Shown one piece after another: positions 52,431 to 64,000 of a stretch of 64,000 nt of DNA. The notes under the pieces were generated by a model. That model was not told the origin of the DNA and did no database searches. It saw only the letters and a list, made by a program, of their open reading frames with translations. The stretch lies in NCBI GenBank assembly GCA_014905635.1, contig JABVCE010000014.1:620001-684000 (forward strand), given 5' to 3'. Position numbers and translations under genes: made by a program. Within the stretch, counting starts at the first letter, position 1. Each line of letters begins with the position of its first letter. This stretch comes from Scenedesmus sp. PABB004 (Eukaryota).

Positions 52431-54241
52431 ATGAGCCGCGCCCTTGCGACCGCCGGCTGCCTGCGCGGCACGGTGTCGCAGATCGGTGCCGGCGCGCTGC
52501 TGCGGCGCGCGCCGCGCGGCATGGCCAGCACGGCGGTGGCCGAACGCACGCGCGGCCGAACGCGCGGCGCGGGCGGCGCGGCCCCCCAAAGCGGCGGCGG
52601 CAGCGGCAGCGGCGGCGGCAGCGGCAGCGCGCGGCGCGGCGCGCGCGGTGGTGCCAAGACCGCGCCGCCGCGCCAGCCCGCGCCGGGCGCGGCGGCGGTG
52701 GAGTGCGACGACGGAAAGCGCCGGTGCGGGCGGATGCGCCGGGTTCGAGCGCCGCGCGCCGGCGCAGGAGGCCTGCGCCGCCGCCCACTGCCCGCGCGCC
52801 CGCGTCTCCTCGTTTCGCAGCTGCCCCTGGGGCAAGGCGTTTGTGGGCGCGAACTCAGAGGCCTACGTGCGGTGCGCACGGCGCCAGGGGGCTGTGCGGG
52901 GGCGCGAGTGGCGCGCGCGCCGCGGCGAGGATACGCCCCGCGCAGCAGCCGCGCGCCGTCAACGCATCGCACCCGTCCCACCCCTCCCACCCCGGGAGGT
53001 ACCACGACACCGAGTGGGGGCGCCCCGTGCGCGACGACGCGGCGCTGTTCGAGCTGGTGACGCTGGAGTGCGCGCAGGCGGGGCTGAGCTGGTGCGCGCG
53101 CCCCGACGCCGGCGTGTGCGGCCGTGCGCCACAACACAGCAGCCTGCTGCACGCAACACCACCACGACCCACCCGCGCCGCAGGGCGACGATCCTGGCGA
53201 AGCGTGAGGCCTACCGCGCGGCGTTTGCGGGCTTTGACGCGGCGGCGGTGGCCCTGTTCGGCGACGCGCAGGCGCGGGGCGGCGGGCGGGGGGAGCGGGA
53301 GGCAGGGTGGCTCGTGGCGGGGTGCGCCTGCGGCCGCGGGCGGCGGCGCTGTGCCCCCTTAGACGGGGCACACGCGCGCGCGCGCGAGCGCGGCCGCGCG
53401 GCCGCTTGAGCACACCCCCACACCACACAGGTGGAGGCCCTGCTCGCTGAGGGCAGCGGCATTGTGCGCAACCGAGCCAAAGTCGCCGCGGCCATCCACA
53501 ACGCGGGGTGCGCGCAGGGGAGGAGGAACGGCGGCGCCAGCGCCGCCGTTGGTGGTGCGCCTCCGCCCCGCGCGCGCGCTGGGCCCGCCCGCCGGCGGCG
53601 TCCGTCCGAGCCAGGGCCCTCCCGCCCCCTGCCTGCCTCTGCCCCCAGGTGCTTCCTGCGCGTGCAGCAGCGCCACGGCAGCTTCGCGGCCTGGCTGTGG
53701 GGCCGCATGCCGGGCGGGCGGCAGCTGGACAATGCGTGGACCGACCTGAGCCAAGTGCCGGCACAGTGCGCGCGCCGCGCGCGCCGCGCGCGCCGCGCGC
53801 GCCGCGCGGGGACGCAAGCCGCGGAGCGGCGGCGTCCAAACACCCAGGCACATCTGACGCAGCCACCAAACGCGCCCACAAACGCCACGTCAACCGCCCG
53901 CCAGGACGCGCGAGTCCGAGGCGCTCAGCGCGGCGATGAAGGCGGAAGGGTTTAAGTTTGTTGGCCCCGTCACGTGCTACGCGCTGATGCAGGTGTGTGT
54001 GGGGGCTGGTTGGTCATGGTCATGGTCATGGCGCGCCGCGCGGCTGACGCGGCAGGCCCGCAGCAAGCTTGGCGACCGCCTCGCTAGCTCTCCGCGACAC
54101 CGGCGCGGCTGATGCGGCCGCACGGCTCCCTTTGGACCCCCCCCCCCCCCCCGCCCCGCCCCGCGCGCGCGCCAGGCGGCTGGTCTTGTGAACGACCACC
54201 TCGTGTCGTGCTTCTGCCACGCCGAGTGCCGCGAGCACTAG
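52431..54241 (+). CDS. tag: DNA-3-methyladenine glycosylase I (Tag family), about 8 exons
   Basis: DGKRR|CPW, YHDTEWGRPV, LFELVTLECAQAGLSW|ATILAKREAYRAAF, IVRNRAKV, GFKFVGPVTCYALMQ|AAGLVNDHLVSC. Confidence 0.95.
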
Positions 54242-54311
54242 CGCCGGTGCATGCTCTCAGCAGGAAGGGAACGCATGGATGAGAACCCAATGCTGGCCTG
54301 ACCCTTGCGGC

Positions 54312-54316
54312 TGTAA
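54312..54316 (+). promoter_or_regulatory. Putative TGTAA polyadenylation signal of the glycosylase gene
   Basis: TGTAA about 70 nt after the stop codon. Confidence 0.55.
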
Positions 54317-54715
54317 TCAAACAGCAGGTCCGCGGCGCAGGGCTGCGCCGCTGAAGGAGCGCCGGCGGCGGTTCTGCGCGGACCGCCCTGCCGCGCGCCG
54401 CGGTCGCCGTGATGATGCCGCCGCCACCATTCTGCAACACTCGCCGCAGCCGCCCCGCCGCCACACACGCCGCACCCGTCCCCCCGCGCGCCGCGCACGC
54501 ACACAGTTCGAACTGCGCTGGCCCCGCCCGCGCCCCCCCCCCCCGCCCGCCCGTTCGCTGCAGCGCCGCGTGATCCGCGGCCTGCATCGCCTACCGGCGC
54601 CGCCCCGCAGCCCCGCCCGGCCCGCCCGGCCGCGAGGAGGCGGCGCCCGCCGCGCCCGCCGGCGCCGCCTGCCGCGGCCGCGCCTGGCGCCGGTCCCGCC
54701 TGCAGCGCCGCGCCC

Positions 54716-56637
54716 ATGGAGCCCGGTGACGCGGTGAGCGGTGATCACGGGCGGGCGCCAGCGGCCGGCGGCCGGCGGCGGCGCGGGCCGCGCGAGCGCA
54801 CGCAGGTGCCGCTGCTGCCGCCACTGTGCGCCCGCCTGCGGCAGCCGCCCGCGCGCGCGAGCCAGCACCCCCGCCGCCAGCCTGAACGCCTCTCCCTCCC
54901 GCCTCCCGCCGCCGCGCGTGCCGCAGGGCGCGTCGCCCTTTGCGCGGCTGCCGGCGGAGGTGCTGCCGCGCGTGCTGGCGGAGCTGGGCGTGCGCGAGCG
55001 CCTGGGCGCCGCCGCGCTCGTGTGCCGCGCCTGGGCCGACGCGGCGGCCGCGGCCAGCAGCGAGGTGCACGTGAAGTTCGGCGAGGCGTTCAGAGAGTTT
55101 GGCGAGGTCGAAAGTGTGGACCTGCGCGCCGCCGCGCGCGCCGCCGCACTCAGCGACTGGCTGGCGCGCCACGGGCGCGGTGTGACGAGCCTCAGGGCAG
55201 AAGCAAGTACCGATGTTATTACATTCAACGAGCCCTCCCTCATCTCGCCAGAGCTGCTGCAGCTGGCGCTGCCCTTTTCGGAGCTGCAGGGCCTGCGCAG
55301 CTTGACGTGCACCAGCTTGGGCGTGGTGGCGCGCGGTGGCGTCGGCGCCGCCCTGCCGGCGCTCACCCGCCTCGCGGTCGTCCGCTGCACCCTCCCCGCC
55401 GCCTTGCTGTGCCCAGGCCTGCGCGAGCTGCACGTCACGGCTGTGCATGCAGATGCGATTGTTGAGCTGCTGCGCCAGGCGCCGGAGCTGACCAAGCTGT
55501 GGGGCATTTGGTACGACAGCCCCGGTGTAGCGGCTGCGTTCGCGGCCGCGGCCACGGTGACGGGGCTGCGGCATCTGACGCTGGGGTTTTTCTATAGCAA
55601 GCAAGCTGCAGACCCCGTGGCCGTCCCGCCGCTGGCGTCCATGCTCACGTGCCTGGATCTGGGCGACGACCTGGGCGGCAGCGTGGCGGGCCCCGCCGCC
55701 CTCGCGCACCTGACGGGCCTGGAGTGCTTGCGCCTGCGTCAGGCCACGTTGGTCGACCCGGCCGCGGCGTTCGCGCCGCTCACGCGCCTCACGGAGCTGA
55801 GGCTGCACCTGTGGCAGGGCGGCGACAGCGCCACCACGTCGGCGCTGCTGCGCGTGCTGCCGCGCCTGACCCCGCTGCAGGAGCTGAGCTTTGACTTTGG
55901 GGATCACCACCAGGTCTTGGCCGGCTGCGCCGACTGTGCCAGCAGCATTGCGTCGCTGACGCAGCTGTCGCGCCTGGTGCTGATGGGAGGCGAGTTGGCG
56001 CCCGGCGTGGCGGCGCGTCTGCTTGCTCGCGCGCTGCCGTCGCTGCGAGAGCTGCTCATCAAGTGCAATATTGAGGAGCCTGGCGAGCTGGCGCAGTCCG
56101 AGCTGGACGCCCTGGTCGGCGCCTGCCCCGGCCTGTGTGAGCTGCGGCTGTTGCATGCAGTCAAGCCAGGCGTGTCCTGCGCGCGCCTCGGCCTGCTGAG
56201 CGAGCTGACGTCGCTGGAACTGGCCGGCGACTGCGTGAACGACAACGACCTGGCGCACCTGGCGCGCGCGCTGACCGCGCTGCGGGACCTCGGCGTGCGC
56301 AGAGCGCCGCGGCTGGGCGCGGCCGGCGTGGCCAGCCTGGTGGACGCCACGCGGCTGACCAGTCTGCACCTTGAGAGCAAGCTGGCCAACATCACGCTGT
56401 TCAATGTGAGCGGCGGCAGGCGCTTGCAGGCAGCCGCACGGCGGTCTGCTGGCGCGGCGGCCTGCTGGCGATGCTGCCTGCCTGTGCGCCCACGCTGAGG
56501 GCCCACGCGCGCCGCCGCCGCAGGAGGACCCGCCCACGGTCGCGCAGCAGCTGGAGGAGCTGTGCCACAGGCACAGGCGCAAGGCGCTATCCAGGGCACT
56601 GCTGGCGCACAAGGCCGCGCAGCTGGCGTTGACATGA
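54716..56637 (+). CDS. F-box/LRR paralog C (stop precedes the last coiled-coil exon present in B)
   Basis: MEPGDA|GASPFARLPAEVLPRVLAEL, LRR array, intron from 56406, then EDPPTVAQQLEELC...QLALT-TGA at 56635-56637. A remnant last exon lies at about 56760-56900. Confidence 0.85.
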
Positions 56638-57103
56638 CGTGAGCGCGGCGAGCGCGGGCGCCGCGCGGCTGCGCTCCCTGGCGCGGCTCGTGCTCAGTCG
56701 CGGCGTGTGCGCGGCGTCTCACGTGCTGTGCCGCCACCGCCCCCTCCCCTCCCTGGCAGACGCGCAGCAGCAGGCGGGGGCGCAGCCAAGCAGCAGGCGC
56801 TGACTGCGCGCGACCACGAGCTGGCGGCCGCACAAGCGCGCGTGCGCGGTGGGGCAGGAGCGGCATGCTGCACCGCGCGCGGCGGCGCCCGGGCTGAGGC
56901 TGAGCGGGGCAGGGGAGGGGCGGGTGAGGCGGAAGCGGCGCATGTGTGCAAGTTGCGCCGCGCAGCGGAGTTGAGCAAGTTGAGTGGGAATGACTGCCTG
57001 CCACCGCCACACCGCGCTCCAGGGGCTGCCGCCCGCCGCAGCCGGCCGCCGCAGCGCTGCACGAGGCAGCCCGCGGCCGCCGCCGCGCCCGCGCCCGCGT
57101 CGC

Positions 57104-57970
57104 TCACTGCAGCAGCACCACCTCGCCCACCAGGCCCAGCCCGAGCTCCGCGAGCTCGCTGAGGATCTGGGGCACGTTGGGCACCACCAGCCCGACGTGC
57201 CGCCCGCCGGCGGCGGTGATGCCGAGCTCGCACACGCCGTGCGCGTGCACGGGGCGCAGCGGGCCGGGCAAGAACGCCTCGGCGCGCCACTTGAGCCCGA
57301 CCCCGGGGAAGCCGCCGAGCGGGTCGCCGCAGAGTAGCGCGACGTGCCCGTAGCGCTCCGCCGCGGCGGCGAGGAAGCGGCCGACGGGGTCAAACCCGAC
57401 CAGCAGCTCGCCGCGCAGCTGGTCCACGCGCTTGGTCAGCAGCACCTGGGCGGGCGGCCGGCGGCAGGGGTCGCGGACGCGGCAGCGTGGCGCGCGGCGC
57501 GCAGCGTGGGGCGCGCGGGGCCCGTGGCGTGCGCGGCGCACCTGCTCCGGGATGCTGCGCAGCACGGCGCGCGAGGCCTTGGGCGCATCCACCCGGCCCG
57601 ACCCCGCCAGCAGCGCCTGCAGCGCGCCCGCGGCGCCGCCGGGGCCGCCGCCGCCGCCCGCGCCGCCGCCGTCGCGGTCGCCGTCGCTGTCGACGTCGCC
57701 GCCGCCGGCATCGGGCCGCCGCCGCTTGCGAGCGCCGGCGCCGCCGCCACCCGCGGCCGCCGCGAGCGCGCGGCGCGCGCGGCGCTGCGCCTTGAGCAGC
57801 TGTTCCAGCTGCGCCGTGGCGAGCGGGTCGGCGCGGCCGCCAAAGGGCAGTGCCTCCCGGCGCAGCACGATCCAGGCGTCAAAGCCGCCCAGGCTCGGGC
57901 CCACGGCGGCGCGCCACGCGGCGCCCAGCGCCGCCATCTCGCGGACGCACAGCGCGCGCAGCGCGGCGGC

Positions 57971-58017
<47 letters not shown>

Positions 58018-59711
58018 TCCTGCCGTGCGGCTGCTGCGCCGCCGCGAGGCGCGCGCGCGCGGGCGCCGCGTCCGGGCCCAGCAGCAGCAGCGCGGCGAGC
58101 TGCTCCGCCGCGGCGCGCGCGAGCGCGACCAGGTGGTGCGCCGCCGCCGGGCTCGGGTGGTGCGCGGTCCTGCGGGCACACCGGGGGCACGGGCTCCTTA
58201 GCCGCGGGGCCGCGCAGGGCAGCGCCAGGCCGACAGCGGCGGCGGCCGCCACACAGCGTGTCGCGCGCGCGCACGCGCGTACGCGCACGCACCAGCGGCT
58301 GCTGTGCACGTCATAGGGCGCCGCTAGGAACAGCCCCGACAGCGTGCCGGCGGCGCGGCGCGCCTCAAACTCGACCTGCATGGCGGCGGGGCGGGCAGCG
58401 CGGGCAGCGTGAGCCGTCGGGCAGGGTCGGCCGGCTCTTGTGTTTGCCCCCGGGGGCGGTGGCGGCGTCGGTGTGCGCACCTGCAGCGCGCGGCGCGCGT
58501 CCGGGCCGACCTCGGCCGACGGGTCGACCAGCAGCGGCGCGGCGGACCAGGGGTGGCTGGCCAGGAGCTGCAGGAAGCGCAGCAGCCCTGCGGAGCAGGG
58601 CCGCGCCGGTGCGTGGGGCGTGCGCGCCGCGCGCGCGGTCTGCGCGCAGCGCGGCGCGGCGCCGCGCAAGCCGCGCCGTGGGCCGTCGCGAGCGCGGCGC
58701 CGCGCACCGCTGACGCGCGAGGCCGGCGGCGCCGCGGCGCTGGGGCCCTGGAAGACGGCACCGACGAGCAACTCCACCGCCTCCTCCGTGACCTGGCAGG
58801 GACCCAGCAGCAGCTGCAGCCCGAGCCAGCGCTTGGCGAGGCGCACGGTGGGGCCGTATGCCGCGTGCGCCGCCTCGAGCGCCGCCACGAGCCCGTGGTG
58901 CCGTGACAGCAGCAGCGGCAGCGGCACGTGCGCGCCCGCGGGGCTCCTGCCGCCGCCGCCCGCCGCCCCCGCCGCCGCGGCGAGCATCGGCTGGTCCCTG
59001 TGGGGCGGCGGCCGCGGCCGCGGCGGCGGCGGCGGCGTCGGCGGCACGGACCGCGCCCTGCGTGCAGCAAGGCTCGCCGCGCGCGCAGTGAGACGGGTCG
59101 CATCATGCTTGTGCATCCCTCCCCCCCCCCCCCCCCCCCCGCGCGCCTGTCCATGTAGAGGCGCAGCCGGAAGGCGAAACCCTGCCACAGAACCTCCAGC
59201 GCCTCCTCGCTCGCGGTCACGTGCGCGCCGCACGCCGCGGCGAGCGCGCCCGCGAGCTGCACGCCCAGCGCCGCCTTGGTCTTGGCGAACGCCGCCGCGT
59301 CGGACGGCATGCGGCCTGCGGCGGCGGCGGCGGCGGCGGTAGTGAGCGCCGCGGCGGCGCGCGGCGGCGGCCGCGCCGGCGCGAGCAGCGCGCCGCGGGC
59401 ACGCACCCGAGCCCTCCAGCTGCACCATGACGTCGATCGGCTCCAGCACGCGCGGCACGGCCACGCCCGCCGCGTGCGCGCCGCCGCCGGCGCCCTCCGC
59501 GAGCGGGTGGGGGCGCGGGAAGAAGCACGCGGTATGGCGCGTCACCGCCGAGAGCGGCAGCACTGCGATGACCTTGAGGGCGAGGTCGGCCAGGCCGCGC
59601 AGCTGCTTGCCCAGCGCGTCGAGTGCGGTGTCGGCGGCGCGGCTCGCGGCCGTGTCGGCCGCCGCGCCGCCGCCCGCGCCGCCGCCGAGCGACACGCCCG
59701 CCGACGGCGGC

Positions 59712-59745
<34 letters not shown>

Positions 59746-62740
59746 TGGCCGGGCCGCCCGCCGGCGTCCAGGCCGGCTCGGCGGCGGGGTCGTGCCGCGG
59801 CGCGCTGCTGCCGCCGCCGTCACCGCCGCCGGGCGGCGGGTGCAGCAGCGGGTCGAGCGCGGTGGCGCAGCCCTGCACGACGCTCCCGGGCGGCAGGTGG
59901 CGCAGCAGCAGGTGCTGCACCGCGTGGTCTGGCAGCGCGTGCCGCTTGCCCGGCGGCACGCCCTCCCACACCACGGCCTCGTTGATCTTGCCGTCGGGGA
60001 ACCTGCGGCGGCGGAGGTTCAGCGGCGGAGGTTGAGCGGCGGGCAGGGAGCCCGCCTCGCCGGCGCGGCGGGAGGGGAGGGCCGCGCGGCGGGAGCGCCG
60101 CCTCGCGGCGCGGTGCGGCGCCGCCGCGCCTGCGCAGCTCAGACTTGTCTCCCCAGAGCGCGCGGAAGCGCCCCGCCGCCGCAGCGTCGTCGGCGGGCGG
60201 GCCCACGTCGACGACGCGCAGGCAGGCCACCGGCGCGGCGACGGCGCCCACGACGATGCGCCGCGGCACGGCGGCGCCGCCGCCGGCAAGCGCGCCGCCC
60301 GCGCCGGCGCCCGGCGGCGCGTACCCGGGCGGCCGGCGCAGCGCGCGAACGAGCGTCGCGCGGCTTGTGAGCGCCTGCCGCACCAGGCCCTCCACCTGCG
60401 CCTCGGCGAGCCTGCGGCGGCGCGGCGGCGAGCACGCGGGTCGGCTTGCCGCCGGCGGCGACGCGCGGGGGCGTGGCGCGGCGCGGCCCGCGCGTGCTAC
60501 GCTGCCCCGCGCGCCGCCGCCGCACCGCATCGGGTGCTGGTCGCCCGGCACGCCGCCGGCGGCGTCGGACGGCAGCTCGACGGTCCACCAGTAGTCAAAG
60601 AGGCGCGCCAGCCCGCCCGCCTGCCCAAACACGGCGCCGTACACGGCCTCCGGCTCCAGGTCGGAGCGCGACAGCAGCCCGAGCGCGCGCGCCGCGGACG
60701 CCTGCGCGAGCGCGAGCGCCGAGCGCGACAGCCCCGCCGCGAGGTTGAGGTGCCCGCTGCCGTCGGTCAGCGTCGCGGCAAAGCCCCGCCGGAACGCCGC
60801 CGCCGGCGGCGCCGCCGGCAGCGCCGTCAGCTGCGCCGCGAGCTTCGCCGCGAGCTTGGCCGCGTCGCGCGACACGCTGCCCGCGACGGGCCCGGCCGCC
60901 GCCGCCGGCGCGGGCGCGATGCCGCCGTCGCTGCCGGGGCGCGCGTGCTCCTGCTGCGCGAGCAGGCGCAGCTCCACCGGCACCGCCGCGTCGCGCGGCG
61001 CGCCCAGGCCGCCCTTGGCCCACGCCTGGCGGTCGGCCAGCAGCGTCAGCGCGGCGCGCAGCTGCTGCAGCGGGCTCATCGCCACCGCCGCGCCGGCGCC
61101 GGCCTGCTGCACCGCCGCCGCGAGCACGTGCGCCAGCAGCGCGCCGCTGAAGCCGTCCGCCTGCGCGGCGGCGGCGCTCGCCAGCGCTGCCGCCGCCGCC
61201 GAGCCGCCGCCGCTGTCGCCGCCGCGGGGCGGCCGCTGCGCCTCGTGCGCGCCGCCTCCGCCGCCGCCACCCGGCGCGGGGTAGCACGCCCGCGCGTCGG
61301 GCGGCAGCACGCCGGCGCTCGCGAGCCCGCTCTGCTGCGCCCAGACCTTGAGCAGCAGCAGCGCGTCGACAAACCTCGGCCCCGCGGCGGCCGCGGCGGC
61401 CTGCAGGCGCAGCTGGTTCAGCAGCAGCAGCACGTCCGCCAGCACGCCGGCGTTGTAGTGGGGCGTCGGCGCGAGCTCCGCCGCCGCGGCCGCCGCGCCG
61501 CCGCCCGCCGCCGCGTCGCCGTCAGCCGCGCCGCCCGGCGCCGGCTTGGCCGCGGTCGCCACCCAGCGCACGTTGTTGCGGTGCGGCGCGAGCTTGGGCA
61601 GCTCAAACGCGTCCAGCCCGGCCGCCGGCAGCAGGCGCAGCAGCACGCCGCCGTCGCCGAGCGCCGCCGCGGCGCCGCCGCGCGCGCCGGCGGCCTTGAG
61701 CGCGGCCGCGGCGGCCCGGGGCCCCAGGTGCAGCAGCAGCGCGGGGCGGCAGGGGTCGCCGTGCAGCGGCGCGAGCTGCTGCGTCGCGCCCGCGAACGCT
61801 GGGTGCCGCGCGAGGTGCGCCGAGAGGGCGGTGAGGTACAGCAGGCGCTTGCCGTGGTAGCTGCGGGCGGCGGGCCGGCGGGCGGCGCGGCGTCGGCCGC
61901 GCGCGCCGCGCTGCCACACGCCAGCAAGTGCTGCCGCAGCCGCGGCAGCCCTGGTCGAGCGCCTCACCGATAGTTTAGGATGTCCTTGTGGTGCAGGCAG
62001 CCCGAGGGCAGCTGCACCGCCACGTCCACGCAGCCGCCGGGCAGCGCGGCCGCCGCGCCGAGCGCCCACGACCCCACGAGGCGCACCGCCACGGGCGGCG
62101 CCGCCTGCAGCGTCACCTCCTGCGGCCCCCGGCGCCGCGGCGGCGGTGTGTGGGCGGCCGAGGCGAGGCCCGCGCGCGCCGCGGCGGCACTGCCCCCCCC
62201 CCCCCCCCGTTGCGCCCCCCGCCAGCGCGCCCCTGAGCGCGCACCCGGGGGTTGAGGCCCCAGCTCGTGAGCAGCGCCGCGACGCCGCGGTCCGCCTCGC
62301 CCGCGAGCGTCGCCGCCGGCAGGCGGCCGAGCGCGCTGCCCAGCTCGCCCACCAGCGCCTGCACCGCCGCCGTGCGCCCCGGGACGCGGCAGGCGGCCAC
62401 CTCCGACAGCAGCTCGCCCAGCTGCGGCGCGCGGCGCGGCGTGAGCGGCGCAGGCGGCAGCGGCGGCTCTCGCTGAGAGCCGGCAGCCGCCGCCGGCCCA
62501 GGCGCGCACCTGCAGCTGCATCAGCGCGGCGTTGGCCGACAGTTCGCCGCTCAGCAGCAGCTCCTCCGGCTGCGCCGCGTCGGCGCCGGCTGCGGCCGCC
62601 GGCTGCGGCGCCGCCGGCGGGGGCCCGCCCTCGCCCAGCTCGCCGGGCTCGCTGCCGCCCTCGTCATCGCTGCCACCGACGCTGCCGCTCAGCGCCTCCT
62701 CCTCGTCGGAGGCGGAGACGTCGTCGTCGGACAGCCGCAT
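57104..62740 (-). CDS. NOL6: Nucleolar protein 6 / Nrap / UTP22 (U3 snoRNP component), about 12 exons
   Basis: Acidic N-terminus, RLVGSWALG, VDVAVQLP...KDILNYR|YHGKRLLYL, LAPHRNNVR, TPHYNA, LLKVW, FRALWGDKSELR|RFPDGKINEAVVW, VQLEGSG, YGPTVRLAKRW, GFDPV, GLGLVGEV. Confidence 0.93.
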
Positions 62741-63358
62741 CGCGGCCGCCGCCGCTGCCGCTGCCGCCGCCGGCTGCTGCTGGGCGCTGGCGTCGCGCGA
62801 GCGGTCGCGGCTCTCGGGGATGCCGGTGTGGCGCTGCCGGGGGGCGCGTGACGGCGGCGGCGTGAGCGGGCATAACAGGGCCCGGGGCTGCTGCGCCGCG
62901 ACTACGACCAGCTGGCGGGCGCGCCCGCGCCGCATCAGCCAGGCCAGTCTACGAGAAGCCAGCAGGAGGCCGCGCGCGCCCTGCCGCCGCAGCGCGCATC
63001 TGCACGTAAGCCGGGACGCCCGGCGTCGCGCACGGGCAACGGCAGCTGTGTCATCATGACCCTGCGTGGTGGTCTCGTGGTCGCTGGCGCGGGTGCGGAC
63101 GCGGCGGCAGCGGGCGAGGGCGCGCGAGAGCCCAGCTGCGACCGGCGGCATCGGCCCTCGTGCGCCGCGCCCAGGGCCTGCACCGCCCCACGGCAGCTTC
63201 GAGAGGCTTTGACGCGACTGTATCTCACTAACGGGCCGTGTCCCGTCGCCGCCGCAGAGCGCGCGGCGGCCAAGCTGGCCAAAGTTGAGGGCAGCTCGCC
63301 GCCGCCTGGCCACCCCGAGCTGGCCCACTGCGCGCCGCCGCGCGGGGGGTGCGGCCGG

Positions 63359-64000
63359 ATGTCGCTGACCGCGCTGCTCAGCCCCCGGCGGGGCGGGCCC
63401 AGCCCCGAGCCCGCCCCCGCCGCCGGCGGCGCGCCGCGCGCGGGCTCGCCCGCGATGCTCGCCCGCAGCGCGTCGGTGAGCAGCTCGGTCGCGGACAACG
63501 CCGCCGGCGGCGCCGCGTCGGGCTCGCCGCCGCCGCCGGGCGCGCTGGCGGCGCCGCACTCGCCGCAGCGCCACCAGCACCACCCCGCAGCGGGCCTCGC
63601 GGCGCACCCGCTCGACGACGACGCGGCCATGGACGACGCCGCCGACTCGGACGCCCCCAGCGACGACGGCGACGCGGCGCTCGGCGACAGCAGCGAGGCC
63701 ACCGAGTCGGGCAGCGGCAGCGCGTACAACAGCGAGGACGAGGAGGACGAGAACAACGCCGTGCCCGACGGCGACCTCCCCGACGCGGCGGTGCCGACAG
63801 CGCACACGCCGGCGGCGGCCACCGTGCAGCATCAGCAGCACCATCAGCAGCAGCAGCAGCAGGAGCAACAGCAGCAGCACCACCAGCGGCAGCACCAGCA
63901 GCAGCACCCCTTCAGCAGCGGCGCGGCGGCGCGCGAGCAGCCGCTCGCGCGCGTCCGCGCCGTGCCGGCCACGCCGCCGTCCAGCCCCGCGGCGGGCTGC
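63359..64000 (+). CDS. 5' part of a gene with low-complexity acidic and Gln/His-rich N-terminus (runs off the window)
   Basis: ATG 63359 MSLTALLSPRRGG...SAYNSEDEEDENN...QHQQHHQQQQ is open to the window end with host-like codon usage. Divergent from NOL6. Confidence 0.6.
   Translation, partial: MSLTALLSPRRGGPSPEPAPAAGGAPRAGSPAMLARSASVSSSVADNAAGGAASGSPPPPGALAAPHSPQRHQHHPAAGLAAHPLDDDAAMDDAADSDAPSDDGDAALGDSSEATESGSGSAYNSEDEEDENNAVPDGDLPDAAVPTAHTPAAATVQHQQHHQQQQQQEQQQQHHQRQHQQQHPFSSGAAAREQPLARVRAVPATPPSSPAAGC

Noticed and set aside
52431..54241. Tag glycosylase as a recent bacterial transfer
   Set aside because: The family is widespread in plants and green algae; the gene has about seven introns and host-like codon usage.
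49720..56900. F-box/LRR copies as autonomous transposons
   Set aside because: No transposase, reverse transcriptase, terminal repeats or target-site duplications were recognisable.

Overview
Extremely GC-rich, intron-dense eukaryotic nuclear DNA, most likely from a chlorophyte green alga of Sphaeropleales type. This is inferred from short GC-rich introns, TGTAA poly(A) signals, SF-assemblin and plastid-type transit peptides. Most entries in the supplied ORF track are GC-bias shadows. Splicing exons by hand gives about 22 tightly packed genes: a plastid-targeted hypothetical protein, a plant-type membrane protein, SF-assemblin, phosphoacetylglucosamine mutase, a secreted reprolysin-like metalloprotease, a large secreted Cys-rich/helical protein, type II NADH dehydrogenase, eIF2B-alpha, an mTERF-like protein, a reticulon-like protein, a secreted PhlG/DAPG-hydrolase-like protein, a hevein-domain secreted protein, three F-box/LRR paralogs, a CAD-type alcohol dehydrogenase, CCDC112, CFAP43, DNA-3-methyladenine glycosylase I, NOL6/UTP22 and one partial gene. 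Three signals stand out: (1) an apparently very high rate of non-canonical GC-AG introns with an AG|GCGCG consensus; (2) three F-box/LRR paralogs whose differences concentrate on predicted ligand-binding LRR strands; (3) a secreted PhlG-like hydrolase next to a hevein-domain gene and an F-box/LRR gene, a candidate microbial-interaction module. Exon boundaries and family calls come from manual reading and motif recall, not from database searches.
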